Below the pieces are notes generated by a model. That model did no database searches, was not told the origin of the DNA, and was given only the letters and a program-made list of their open reading frames with translations. The translations under genes were made by a program, and so were the position numbers. Source: Paramoeba atlantica (lineage: Eukaryota > Protista > Discosea). From it: a stretch of 64,000 bases of DNA. The first letter of the stretch is position 1, and each line of letters opens with the position of its first letter. Positions 50,929 to 60,566 of this stretch are shown here, in pieces. The DNA lies in the NCBI GenBank assembly GCA_977017575.1, contig CDRNVI010000053.1, positions 744,001 to 808,000 of the forward strand. Reading direction: 5' to 3'.

Positions 50929-51475
50929 CCAAGGTATGTCAAAACGCCACGGGCAGTCCTTGAGCGAACACGCTTCTGGGGCATAAAAAAGGAAACAAAT
51001 CAAAATTTGCCATGTTTTTGAACAAAAAAACATCTTTTTTTTCGTCGGATTGATTATCTATAGTTGAGCGACCCGAGTCTGGAAAAGACATACAACTTTG
51101 TGAGAGCTCTCGAATGCGCTATTATTTTCCAAAATCTAACAATCTTTACAAATTTCAGACCCCCCAGATCGAAGTTGACACCCCTGTATGAGAAGATCTG
51201 AGTTGCCCACGAGGTGCATAACAGAATCTACTCCTTAATAAAATAACGGAATTCTTCACCTTATTTTTAGAACACGGCCTCTTCTGGGTCATAGTCTTAC
51301 AGTAGGATCAAAAAGGTCCCTAAATCCATAAACAAAAGCAGTTTTTTTTGAAAAAGCAAATTGCTTTGGAATTCTCTAAAAACTTTGAAACTCGGTTTTA
51401 TTATCGATTAGCCTTATTTCCTTTCTAAGGATATTTCTAGAAGCATCACTTTCTATAAATAAGCACTCTTTGTTC

Positions 51476-53035
51476 ATGTTTTTTCATACTTACATCCTTA
51501 CAAAGCGTGGCCCTTTTGCGAAAATCTGGTTGGCAGCGCATTGGGATCGCAAACTCACGAAAAATGATGTCCGTATGATTAATTTGTCTGAGACCGTGTT
51601 AAACATCATTGAGCCCGCTGTTCCTATTGCTTTACGTACTTCAGGTGAGCTTATGCTCGGTGTAGTGCGCGTTTATGGTCACAAAGTGCGTGTCCTTCTA
51701 AAGGAAGCACAAGACGTTGCTCAAGATTTGCTACGCAGTCACAAAGATGCTCTTCTTGTTGGTGTCACTGCAGCTGGAGGGAAAACAGTTATTGCAAAGG
51801 AAGTATCCTCTGCCGTGACGAACATGGATCCTCCTCCGCTAGATTTTCTAGCCACTCCTTTAGGAACTTTTGAGGCCGATTTCGACGCCATTTCTAACCT
51901 TGTGCTTCCAAACAAGGTTGATCACGGACTCCGTACAATTCCACGTGCGATCCAACAGCAAGACATCACAGACGACTGGTTTCAACCCCCTGCCTCACAG
52001 TTCCAAGAAAATCTCGAGGATTTCTCCCAAGAGCTGAAATTCCCCCTCGGCGAGGACTCACGTGGTCGAGAAGAATCCATCCCCCTCAGTGAGCATTCCA
52101 AAAAATCCGGCTCCGTTCCCTCTATCGAAGAACTCCGTAAATCCGCCACAGCCCCACGCACTGCCGAATTCGACCGCCTCAACATGGATATTGGTCTTCC
52201 CCTCCCCGACGAGGAACTTCCCGAGTTCCCTGTCCTCCCCACCACCCCACCCCCTGCCGGTACCGATCTTCTTCTCGACACCCACGACAACCCCCGAGAG
52301 GACACCTGGGCCGAGCCCCTGGGATCCGCAAAGAAACTGAAACGTACCCTCGGGGCGCGGCTGAATGTCGTGGACAACCGCGACACGATGCTCTCCTCCG
52401 AGAGTTACCGCAGTGCCATGCGGGACCGCTCGGAGTTACTGCTGCCGTACTACCGCCAGGGCCCGCACAGCCTCCAGGACACCCGTCGCGTGCAGCGGCT
52501 GGAGCAGCAGTCGCTGCACCAGTCCCTGACGCTGCTCGGGGGACTGGAGGAGTGGGCCCCGATGCAGGGGTGGTACGAGGCCGCGGTAGCGGAGGGGCAT
52601 GGGGAGAGGGTGTTCCCGGTCGCGGAGACCGGGAGACGATCCGCTCGTGGGGGAGGGGAGGGGGAGGGTGTGGAGATGGAGATGGAGATGGCGCCACCGG
52701 TGCCGGAGTTTGATATGACGGGCATGGGGGTACCGGAGTTGGCGACGTTGGAGGAGCCCGCGGCACCTCCGACGGGATTGGGAGAGGATGCGGCGACACC
52801 TCCACGCGTGAGTAAGCGGGTCCGGGAGGAGAGTAATCCGGAACTTACGTTGAGTTCGTTTAAGAAAGCATCTAATGTAAATGGGGTGATGGTGTTTCGT
52901 ATGGCGATGTCGGGGAAGACACGGGCACAGGTTGCGCGGAGCTTTGCGGATGCATTGGTGTTGGCTTCTCGTGGGGAAGTTACGATACGGCAAGAGAAGC
53001 CATACGGAGAAATGTACGTTACAACAGTGGTTTAG
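51476..53035 (+). CDS. SCC1: Cohesin kleisin subunit Scc1/Rad21
   Basis: N-terminal MFFHTYILTKRGPFAKIWLAAHW...IALRTSGELMLGVVRVY and C-terminal winged helix TRAQVARSFADALVLA...IRQEKPYGEM. Confidence 0.93.
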   Translation: MFFHTYILTKRGPFAKIWLAAHWDRKLTKNDVRMINLSETVLNIIEPAVPIALRTSGELMLGVVRVYGHKVRVLLKEAQDVAQDLLRSHKDALLVGVTAAGGKTVIAKEVSSAVTNMDPPPLDFLATPLGTFEADFDAISNLVLPNKVDHGLRTIPRAIQQQDITDDWFQPPASQFQENLEDFSQELKFPLGEDSRGREESIPLSEHSKKSGSVPSIEELRKSATAPRTAEFDRLNMDIGLPLPDEELPEFPVLPTTPPPAGTDLLLDTHDNPREDTWAEPLGSAKKLKRTLGARLNVVDNRDTMLSSESYRSAMRDRSELLLPYYRQGPHSLQDTRRVQRLEQQSLHQSLTLLGGLEEWAPMQGWYEAAVAEGHGERVFPVAETGRRSARGGGEGEGVEMEMEMAPPVPEFDMTGMGVPELATLEEPAAPPTGLGEDAATPPRVSKRVREESNPELTLSSFKKASNVNGVMVFRMAMSGKTRAQVARSFADALVLASRGEVTIRQEKPYGEMYVTTVV

Positions 53036-53471
53036 GTCGAGGTAGTACTACGGATTGTTTTCATCGATTCATGAAAAACGTGTTTATTAACGCTTTTTAC
53101 TTTTCTCAGCTGACGAAGAACAAAGAATAAAATTCAATATGAAGTGTTTGATTGATGTGTTGAAATGTTGGCGTTTTTTCGGCTCAAAAAAAATGCTCTT
53201 GATTGCATTGATTTACATGTAGGTAGAGGTTTCTTGTGTATACGACGCGATACGAGTTTTTCTTTGATAATTTGTTTCACTTTGTTTTAAAGCTGTTTCT
53301 ATCTTTTTTTAGACGCTTAGAGTTGTTTTATATTACGCCGTCAGTCTTCGACAAAATACGTAAGTTTACTAAACTCCATTGGATTCTTTTATACCGCGAA
53401 TCAGTGCCGCGCATTATATGTCTTTCCTTCTTCCTTTTTTTCAACCCTTTCATCTTTTTTTTACATAAATT

Positions 53472-54863
53472 ATGAAATCTGTACATGGGAAAAGATCGTT
53501 GAATCGGATACTATTAAGTGCGCACTCTTCTTTTGCTCATGCTTTCCGTAGATCGATTCATATTCAGTCGATTCGCATGCCTTCGCTTTCCCCGACTATG
53601 CAAGCAGGAACTCTTCTGTCTTGGAAGAAACAGGTTGGCGATTCCATTACTGGTGGCGACGTCTTTTGTGAAGTACAAACGGACAAAGCTACTATGGAGT
53701 TTGAAAACGTGTCGGAAAAGGGATTCTTGGCTCGGGTTCTTGTTGCAGACGGGACACCAGATGTTCCGGTAGGTAAAACAATTGCACTTCTGGTTGAAAA
53801 TGCGAAACACCTCACTCATAAAGAAATCTCTGACTTTATTGTACAGGACTTAGATTTAGAATCTAAAAACGAAAGCGACACTCGAAATCATCCCATTCAA
53901 AATGAGTCTTCTCCGGTAGAAACAGATAAGAAGTTCCAATCTTCGGAAACGGATAGGAACACTCGTTTTTTCGTATCTCCTTACGCCAAGACGCTCGCCC
54001 GTGAACTAGGAGTAAATTACGCGAAGGCAATCCCGACTGGGGGTGAAGGTCCACAGTACCGCATTACCGCTGACGACGTGCGTCGGCTTCATGCTAGACA
54101 GTTAAACAAGTCTTCCCCCACAGCGGAGGACTTTGTTTTCCCTGAGGCCGTTCACCCGAAGTGCATGTCGACCTTGCCGTTTATCTCAATGCCTGTTACA
54201 GAAGTTCATCGTGCGATTGCCCGACGATTATCATACGCGCAATCGCATGTGCCTCAGTTTACCATTATGGAGGAGGTCTGCATGGAAGGTGCATATAAAC
54301 TGATTGAGCACTATCGAAAAGAAAAAGGTGCACGACTCTCCGTCAATGATTACATTGTCAAGGCAGTTGCACAAGCATGTCTAAACGTTCCTGAAGCCAA
54401 CACACATTGGGAAAGCGACACAGAAATGCGCCGCTATGATTCCGCGCATGTCTCCATTGCTGTTGCGACTCCAGCTGGAGTATTGGCACCCGTTCTGCGA
54501 AGCGTTGACAAAAAGACTTTTGAGGAAATCTCCTGTGAGATACGCGCTCTCGCGTTAAAGGCAAGGCAGGGCTCACTTACTCCCTCTGAGATGAGTAATG
54601 GAACCATAACAGTGAGTAACCTGGGAGGGTACGGCACCAAGGCTTTTACAGCGATGCTCAATTCTCCGCAAAGTGTCATTGTGGCTGTGGGTCGCGTGGA
54701 ATGGCGGCCTGTGATAGATCAAAGAAGTGGGGAGATGGGAAATAGGGCGGAGAGGTTTTTGTCCCTGTGTGTCACATTTGACCATCGCGTTATCGATGGA
54801 GATATCGGTGCACGTTTCGTAAAATGTTTACGAGGCAACATAGAGACTTCTCTTGAGCATTGA
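53472..54863 (+). CDS. DLAT: Dihydrolipoamide acetyltransferase (pyruvate dehydrogenase E2)
   Basis: Lipoyl domain MPSLSPTM...EVQTDKATMEF, E3-binding SPYAKTLARELGV, and catalytic TVSNLG and DHRVIDG. Confidence 0.92.
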   Translation: MKSVHGKRSLNRILLSAHSSFAHAFRRSIHIQSIRMPSLSPTMQAGTLLSWKKQVGDSITGGDVFCEVQTDKATMEFENVSEKGFLARVLVADGTPDVPVGKTIALLVENAKHLTHKEISDFIVQDLDLESKNESDTRNHPIQNESSPVETDKKFQSSETDRNTRFFVSPYAKTLARELGVNYAKAIPTGGEGPQYRITADDVRRLHARQLNKSSPTAEDFVFPEAVHPKCMSTLPFISMPVTEVHRAIARRLSYAQSHVPQFTIMEEVCMEGAYKLIEHYRKEKGARLSVNDYIVKAVAQACLNVPEANTHWESDTEMRRYDSAHVSIAVATPAGVLAPVLRSVDKKTFEEISCEIRALALKARQGSLTPSEMSNGTITVSNLGGYGTKAFTAMLNSPQSVIVAVGRVEWRPVIDQRSGEMGNRAERFLSLCVTFDHRVIDGDIGARFVKCLRGNIETSLEH

Positions 54864-55098
54864 CGTTAAAAGAATCATGTTGGATGGACTAACTTCCCAA
54901 AATTCGTTTTTTTCAGTGCACCGTTTACTACTTTTCAACTTGGTTCCTACCAAATAGAGCCTGTATAACCTACTCAATATTTTTGTTTTCATTTTATTAT
55001 TATTATTCATTATTATATTTATGTTTATATTTTTCATTTCAGTTCAGAATTTCAGTTTCATTTATTCTAATTGGGTCTCACACTAGTGAAGGACCGAT

Positions 55099-56877
55099 AT
55101 GCATTGCAGTGTGGTGCTTCGCCGCTGGATGGTTGTCGGATCCCAACCTCCTCCCCTTCCAGACTCCATCAACCGCATTGCTCCTTCATCCCCCGCTCTG
55201 ACGACCACACCGATTTATGGACCGGGGCTTACGCCTCACGACCCTCTTTCACCTGTGACCTCTACAATATCCGAGATGCATGCCATTCGTCGCATCGTAA
55301 TGGACACTACGCAAATGAAGCGTACGCACCTGCAACGTCAAAATGAATCTTTAGCGCAGGAAGCGAGACGACGCATTGCATCTGTTAACGTCGCAGCCTC
55401 TGGGGGGACTGATTCTGTGGGAGCACTTTCCCCGAGGTCTGTGATTCAGCTTCTGGCCAACGCCTGCTACTTTGGGTTTAATTCCAATGACGCTATTGTC
55501 CAGCAGTGCACAAAGTGGATACGCACCCATCTGGGTATGCTTAAGATGGAGGACATTGGGGCGGTGATTTTTGCGTGTGCTGCCGTGCAGTCAAAGGATG
55601 CGAAGCAGATCATTGAGTGTGTTGCCTCTCGAACAGATCGGGCATCGAAATATATGAACAGCTCTACCATTACGACCGTACTCTCTGCGTTTGCCAAGGT
55701 GCGGTATTCGAACGAAAAGCTTTTCTTTGGTCTTACGCGACGTATTATGACACTTTGTCGCATTGGGGGCTTTGAGAAGAATGAGTTTGTGCCGCTGTTG
55801 GATTCCGTTGCCAGGGCGCGCATCCGATCGACTCCTCTCACCACCGCGCTCATGTATCGCATTCAGTGTGGTACAGACCCTCTGATGTTTCCCCCAGAAG
55901 AAATGGTGATGGTCATCTACGCTTTTGCTAGACTGCGCCTACGTGACGAGAAATTTATAAAAAGATTATCCGGGAGGACGATCGGAATGAGTGAGCACCT
56001 CAGCGCCCTACAACTTACCTCCGTGCTCAACAGCTTTTCCATACTGGGCTACAAATTCGAGAGCATGATCTCCGCCCTCACCACCCGGTGCAGTGAAGTC
56101 ATGAACGACTTCTCCGCTCGCTACGTCGCCATTGCGCTACAAAGTTTCCGTCGTCTCCACGTCAACTCCCCCGAACTCTTCGACGCCCTCGCCGAGCGTG
56201 CGCTCGCGGTGGTCCCCCAACACACCGCTCGCGACATCGCCGCCGTCGTAAGCTCCCTTGAATTCTTCAGTCTCGCGGACGAGGAGCTGTTCCAAAAACT
56301 CTCCGAGCACGCCCTCACCGTTGTCCACGACTTCTCCGCCCTCGGCATCGTCGAGGTCCTCCACGCCTTCGCGCGCATCCAATACCGCCACGTCCCCCTG
56401 CTCACCTGTCTCTGGGACCGCTGCCGTGAGCTCCTCCCCCTCTTCGACGCCTCCGGGGTACGCCGGGTGCTCTACAGCGTCGCGCGGTTCCAGGCCCACA
56501 TCTCCCACCAGGCCCTCGCGAACGCCCTGTTCCAGCGCGCCCTCATCCTCCACCCCGAGCTGTTCCTCTCCCCCGAGAGCATCCAGGAGGCGGACGTCGT
56601 GTTCCAGGTGTTCGGGAAGGAGTACTGCCCCGACCTGTACGCGTTCTTCCTCTCCCGCAGCGCGGCCATCGCGGCCTCCCCGCCCCCGCCCCCCCGCACG
56701 GCCCGCTCGCTGGATGCAAGGGGGAGGGGGAGGGGGAGGGGGAGAGGGGGGGGAAGGGGAAGGGGAAGGGGAGGGTTTAGGGGAGGGAGAGGGGGGGGAG
56801 GGGGAAGGGGGGGGTTTAGGGGGAGGGGGAGGGGGAGAGGGGGGAGAGGGAGGGGACGGGGGAGAGGGAGGGGGTGA
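55099..56877 (+). CDS. Helical-repeat (FASTK/RAP- or RESC-like) putative mitochondrial RNA-binding protein with C-terminal RGG tail
   Basis: Repeats of about 37 aa such as FSARYVAIALQSFRRL...ELFDALAER and FSALGIVEVLHAFARI. Presequence-like start and a terminal RG/RGG run with two GGFRG motifs. Confidence 0.7.
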   Translation: MHCSVVLRRWMVVGSQPPPLPDSINRIAPSSPALTTTPIYGPGLTPHDPLSPVTSTISEMHAIRRIVMDTTQMKRTHLQRQNESLAQEARRRIASVNVAASGGTDSVGALSPRSVIQLLANACYFGFNSNDAIVQQCTKWIRTHLGMLKMEDIGAVIFACAAVQSKDAKQIIECVASRTDRASKYMNSSTITTVLSAFAKVRYSNEKLFFGLTRRIMTLCRIGGFEKNEFVPLLDSVARARIRSTPLTTALMYRIQCGTDPLMFPPEEMVMVIYAFARLRLRDEKFIKRLSGRTIGMSEHLSALQLTSVLNSFSILGYKFESMISALTTRCSEVMNDFSARYVAIALQSFRRLHVNSPELFDALAERALAVVPQHTARDIAAVVSSLEFFSLADEELFQKLSEHALTVVHDFSALGIVEVLHAFARIQYRHVPLLTCLWDRCRELLPLFDASGVRRVLYSVARFQAHISHQALANALFQRALILHPELFLSPESIQEADVVFQVFGKEYCPDLYAFFLSRSAAIAASPPPPPRTARSLDARGRGRGRGRGGGRGRGRGGFRGGRGGGGGRGGFRGRGRGRGGRGRGRGRGRG

Positions 56878-57143
56878 GGAGGGGGGTTGGGGGGGGGAGG
56901 GGGAAGGGGGGTTAGGGTAGAGGGGGGTTGGGGGAGAGGGGGGTTGGGGAGAGGGGGGAGAGCGAGGGGTTGGGGGAGAGGGAGGGGGTGAGGAGGGGGG
57001 TTGGGGGAGAGGGGGGAGGGGGGAGAGGGGGGTTGGGGGAGAGGGGGGTTGGGGGAGAGGGGGGAGAGCGAGGGGTTGGGGGAGAGGGAGGGGGTGAGGA
57101 GGGGGGTTGGGGGAGAGGGGGGAGGGGGGGGGTGAGGAGGGGG
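56720..57143 (+). repeat. About 420-bp G-rich homopurine tract (G-quadruplex/H-DNA prone)
   Basis: Almost only G and A, with many G4-G7 runs. Recurrent GGGGTTGGGGGAGAGG unit and an internal duplication of about 106 bp (GAGAGCGAGGGGTTGGGGGAGAGGGAGGGGGTGAGGAG near 56958 and 57064). Confidence 0.9.
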
Positions 57144-57635
57144 CATTTTTGTACTTTTTGGGTTTTTATGGGATTAAGGTTTGTTTAGGTAGAAAGGGGT
57201 GTAGAGAGGACAGAAATGTGTGGATAACGTATAGGGGTAAAGTATTGTATTCTAGGTCTAGCATGTTGATTATGGGGGATAGTTTCATTCACTTATGTGA
57301 TGTTCTAGGTAATGTGATGGGGTGACGCAAAAAATATGTGTTTGTTAAATCGCAGACGTCATCCTTTTGTTAAAAGGATTCGTAACGTATGAATCATTGA
57401 GGCATAGCATTCTTGTAAGACAGGTCTTTTTTGATGCCTCTTTCTTCAAGATTTTTGTGAAAACGGAACTTCTGAATTACGCCGACGTATTTTATCACCT
57501 ACTAGACTAGTATTTTACTTGGACTAGATTCTTTTTCGTAAACGCATTGAATACATACATCCGGTTGTACATCCGATTTTAAGCTAAAACTTTTAACTAG
57601 CTTCATACGTGGTTTTTACTGTTCACTACTCTCCC

Positions 57636-59006
57636 ATGTTTCGTCGAGTCTCCAGAGGACCCGGCCTTGCTCTGGGACGCATATTCGCCTCATCCCAGGC
57701 AACACGTTCCTACGCACACAAAAAGAGTGATCAGGAAGATTTTTACGACCTTCTTGGCATTTCCCGCAGTGCCTCACAAGATGAAATTAAAAAGGCATAC
57801 CGCAAAAAAGCAATTGAAAAACATCCCGACCAAGGCGGAAGTTCCGAGGAGTTCACGAAAATCAACGAAGCGTACTCCGTGCTGAGCGACGCCAGTAAGC
57901 GTTCCATGTATGATCAGTACGGACGCGAGGGACTTTCTGAAAGCGGAGGTCCGGGCCCTGGTTTTGATCCCAACGATATCTTTAGCCAATTCTTTGGCGG
58001 GCGCTCCGCGGGCCCCGAGGCCTCACCCATGACCGAGGACAAGGCCATGTCCATCTCCGTCACCCTGGAAGACCTTTATAAGGGACGGGAGAAGACTGTC
58101 CTGATTCGTCGGCCCGCTGTATGTACGAAATGTATGGGCGCGGGCTCTACCAAACCAGGGGCAAAGAAAAAGTGCGGCAAATGCCACGGCACGGGCCAGG
58201 AGACCGTCGTGAACCATGTCGGACCCGGAATGGTGCAGCAGTTTATCACCACCTGTCGCACCTGTCACGGCCAGGGCCAGAGCCTGCGTCGGGAGGATGC
58301 CTGTGGGAGCTGCAAAGGGGAAGGTTTCGAGAACGTGAACGCGGACGTGCCGGTGCCCCTGGACGCCTCTGTGTTTCACATGGATGTGATTGTGTTACGC
58401 TCCCAGGCGGGCTGTATCCCGGGAGCCTCCCCCGGCGATCTTCACGTGCAGGTGGAGGTGCGAAAGCACCCTGTATTTCAGCGTCAAGGGTATGACTTGC
58501 TGGTGAAGCAGAAAATTTCTTTGGTGCACGCTCTGACAGGCGGTGAGTTTGTGATCTCCCACCTAGATGGGCGAAAGTTGGTCGTGAAGACGACCCCGCA
58601 TAGCGTACTCTCCACAGGTAGTGTTTTGTTGCTCCGGAATGAGGGGATGCCGCGAAAAAACGGTACGCGGGGGAACTTATATGTAATCGTGACTGTTTCT
58701 ATGCCTACTACACTGAGTGCGGAGAACCGCAAGGAGCTTCAGAAAGTTCTCGGGACTCCTTCACATGTCAAACTCGAGACTACACACTCTTCTGAGGTTA
58801 TTGTACCGGACGTGGTCCCTTCTAGCGCGGAGGATTTCGTCCAAAACAAGCAACATGAGTGGAGTAAGGCAGAGGCCTCCAATGAGGAAATATCCCCGGG
58901 GGTGGAAAAGGTAAGTTCCTCGACGTATGGCAACCGCACAACCTATACAAATAAGAAAAAGCGACATGGGAGCTCCAGCAACCAGGCTCAGTGTCAGACA
59001 GCGTAA
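57636..59006 (+). CDS. Type I DnaJ/Hsp40 chaperone, probably mitochondrial
   Basis: J-domain with HPD, G/F-rich linker, four CxxCxGxG motifs and presequence MFRRVSRG. Confidence 0.93.
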   Translation: MFRRVSRGPGLALGRIFASSQATRSYAHKKSDQEDFYDLLGISRSASQDEIKKAYRKKAIEKHPDQGGSSEEFTKINEAYSVLSDASKRSMYDQYGREGLSESGGPGPGFDPNDIFSQFFGGRSAGPEASPMTEDKAMSISVTLEDLYKGREKTVLIRRPAVCTKCMGAGSTKPGAKKKCGKCHGTGQETVVNHVGPGMVQQFITTCRTCHGQGQSLRREDACGSCKGEGFENVNADVPVPLDASVFHMDVIVLRSQAGCIPGASPGDLHVQVEVRKHPVFQRQGYDLLVKQKISLVHALTGGEFVISHLDGRKLVVKTTPHSVLSTGSVLLLRNEGMPRKNGTRGNLYVIVTVSMPTTLSAENRKELQKVLGTPSHVKLETTHSSEVIVPDVVPSSAEDFVQNKQHEWSKAEASNEEISPGVEKVSSSTYGNRTTYTNKKKRHGSSSNQAQCQTA

Positions 59007-59514
59007 GACCTTACGCTTAATCACAAATTCATGAATATTTTATATGCTCATGAATTTATGAATTTATTCCGCAAATGTTGAATGTTGTCATTTATTATGG
59101 AAAACTCGAAGCACGTTGTATTACAGAAAATATGGGAGAAGTATGCACCCCAGTTCTGTGGAACGCTTTTGACAGAATATTGTAAACCTCTTCCTATAAT
59201 CACCCAATACTTTGCTGGATTTTTCCTGATTACTTATACTTTTATGTGCGTCGAATACCTTCTTTTCTGTAACCTCGTCAGCATTTTGGTCATAATTCTT
59301 CTTATAGAGTCCATCAATGAAGTTTAACGTGGTGTATGAGGTGTGCAAGGATCGCTGGTCTTTAGTTTTTACCACCACACTCTGTTTTCGATTACATACA
59401 TATTTTGTTTTTATTTTCTAGCTCAATCGGTTTTCTCTTTCTATTATCACCGAAATGGTAGTGGGAAACTAAATACCCGACTGATTCTTCCATTCCTCTA
59501 ATATCGTCCTCGCA

Positions 59515-60366
59515 ATGAACGCTGAGACGCTACGCAACGTCACGATGGGCCAAAAAATAGGCTCCGGGACCTTTGGCTCTGTCTACGCAGGTCTTATGCC
59601 CGATGGTCGCCTGGTTGCCGTGAAAGTGATTCCCCTGGAGTGTGAGCCGGACTCGGAACCTAACTCCCTGGTAGAGAAAGAAGTCCAGCTCCACAAATCC
59701 CTTTCCTCTCCCTACATTGTGCGCTACCTCGGGTCTCTCCGTGAGCCCCCCTCCCCCCACACCCTCCCCGCCCCCTCCCTGCGTGTGTTTCTCGAGTTCG
59801 TCTCCGGGGGTTCGGTCCGGGGGTTAATGAAAACCCTCCCAGAGGGTCGGCTTCCTTTTGCGGTTCTCCGGGTCTACGCGCGGCATCTGTTTCGAGCACT
59901 CCACTACCTCCATTCTCGAGACATTGCCCATCGTGATGTAAAGCCCGACAATGTGTTAATTTCTGCTGAACAAGGGATTGCGAAACTTGCGGATTTTGAC
60001 CAGGCTCGGGTCATGGGCACCCAGGGGATTGCCCAGACTCTGGCCGGGACGCCGTTCTGGATGGCTCCAGAGGTGATCACCGAGGAACTTGGGTATGATC
60101 CTGGAAAGGCAGATATCTGGTCCGCGGGGTGTACCGTAGCGGAGATGTTTAGCGGCCACCCCCCGTGGCGTTCCCCTCCTGCTCGAAACACTATGGCACT
60201 GGTGGCGACGATTGCGCGTAGCCAGGGGTGGCCGAATCAAATTGACCGTGGAGCCCTGCCGCCTGTGTTGGAAGGTTTTCTAGAGGGGTGTTTGAGGCGA
60301 GACCCGTTGAAGAGGTGGACCGCGGCAGAGTGCCTGGAGCATGCGTTTTTGCAAGAGACGGAGTAA
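59515..60366 (+). CDS. Ser/Thr protein kinase, STE/MAPKKK-like, kinase domain only
   Basis: GSGTFGSVY, VAVK, FLEFVSGGSV, HRDVKPDN, KLADFD (DFG variant), GTPFWMAPE and ADIWSAGCTVAEM. Confidence 0.92.
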   Translation: MNAETLRNVTMGQKIGSGTFGSVYAGLMPDGRLVAVKVIPLECEPDSEPNSLVEKEVQLHKSLSSPYIVRYLGSLREPPSPHTLPAPSLRVFLEFVSGGSVRGLMKTLPEGRLPFAVLRVYARHLFRALHYLHSRDIAHRDVKPDNVLISAEQGIAKLADFDQARVMGTQGIAQTLAGTPFWMAPEVITEELGYDPGKADIWSAGCTVAEMFSGHPPWRSPPARNTMALVATIARSQGWPNQIDRGALPPVLEGFLEGCLRRDPLKRWTAAECLEHAFLQETE

Positions 60367-60566
60367 GGGGGTGGGGGGCGAGTAAGACGGGGTAGGGTTT
60401 TGTAGGTCGCACATTAGGGAATGATAATGTGTCGGTAAAAGAGCTGTAGGCATAATAAGGTTGAGTTTCTTTATCATTAATGTTTTGACGCAAATTGATT
60501 TTGTATCTGTTTTTCAGAAGCTAGTTCATGGCTTTTTAAAAATTATTAGACAATAGATCTTTGACT

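Larger units (their letters stand above)
47786..51186. mobile_element. 3.4-kb interval bounded by diverged inverted Tc1/mariner-like ends of about 100 bp, each abutting TA
   Basis: Left end TA|CAGGGGGGTGCAC; right end GTTGACACCCCTG|TA. A perfect 20-bp inverted match links CGCATTCGAGAGCTCTCACA (47852-47871) and 51099-51118; the rest is about two-thirds identical by eye. Confidence 0.5.

Noticed and set aside
52179-52993. Long Pro-rich minus-strand ORFs over SCC1 (and 56137-57146, 29209-29790)
   Set aside because: Shadow ORFs caused by GC-rich, skewed sequence opposite well-supported genes or the G-tract.
56720-57143. Telomeric repeat or chromosome end
   Set aside because: No (TTAGGG)n array, and normal genes continue downstream.
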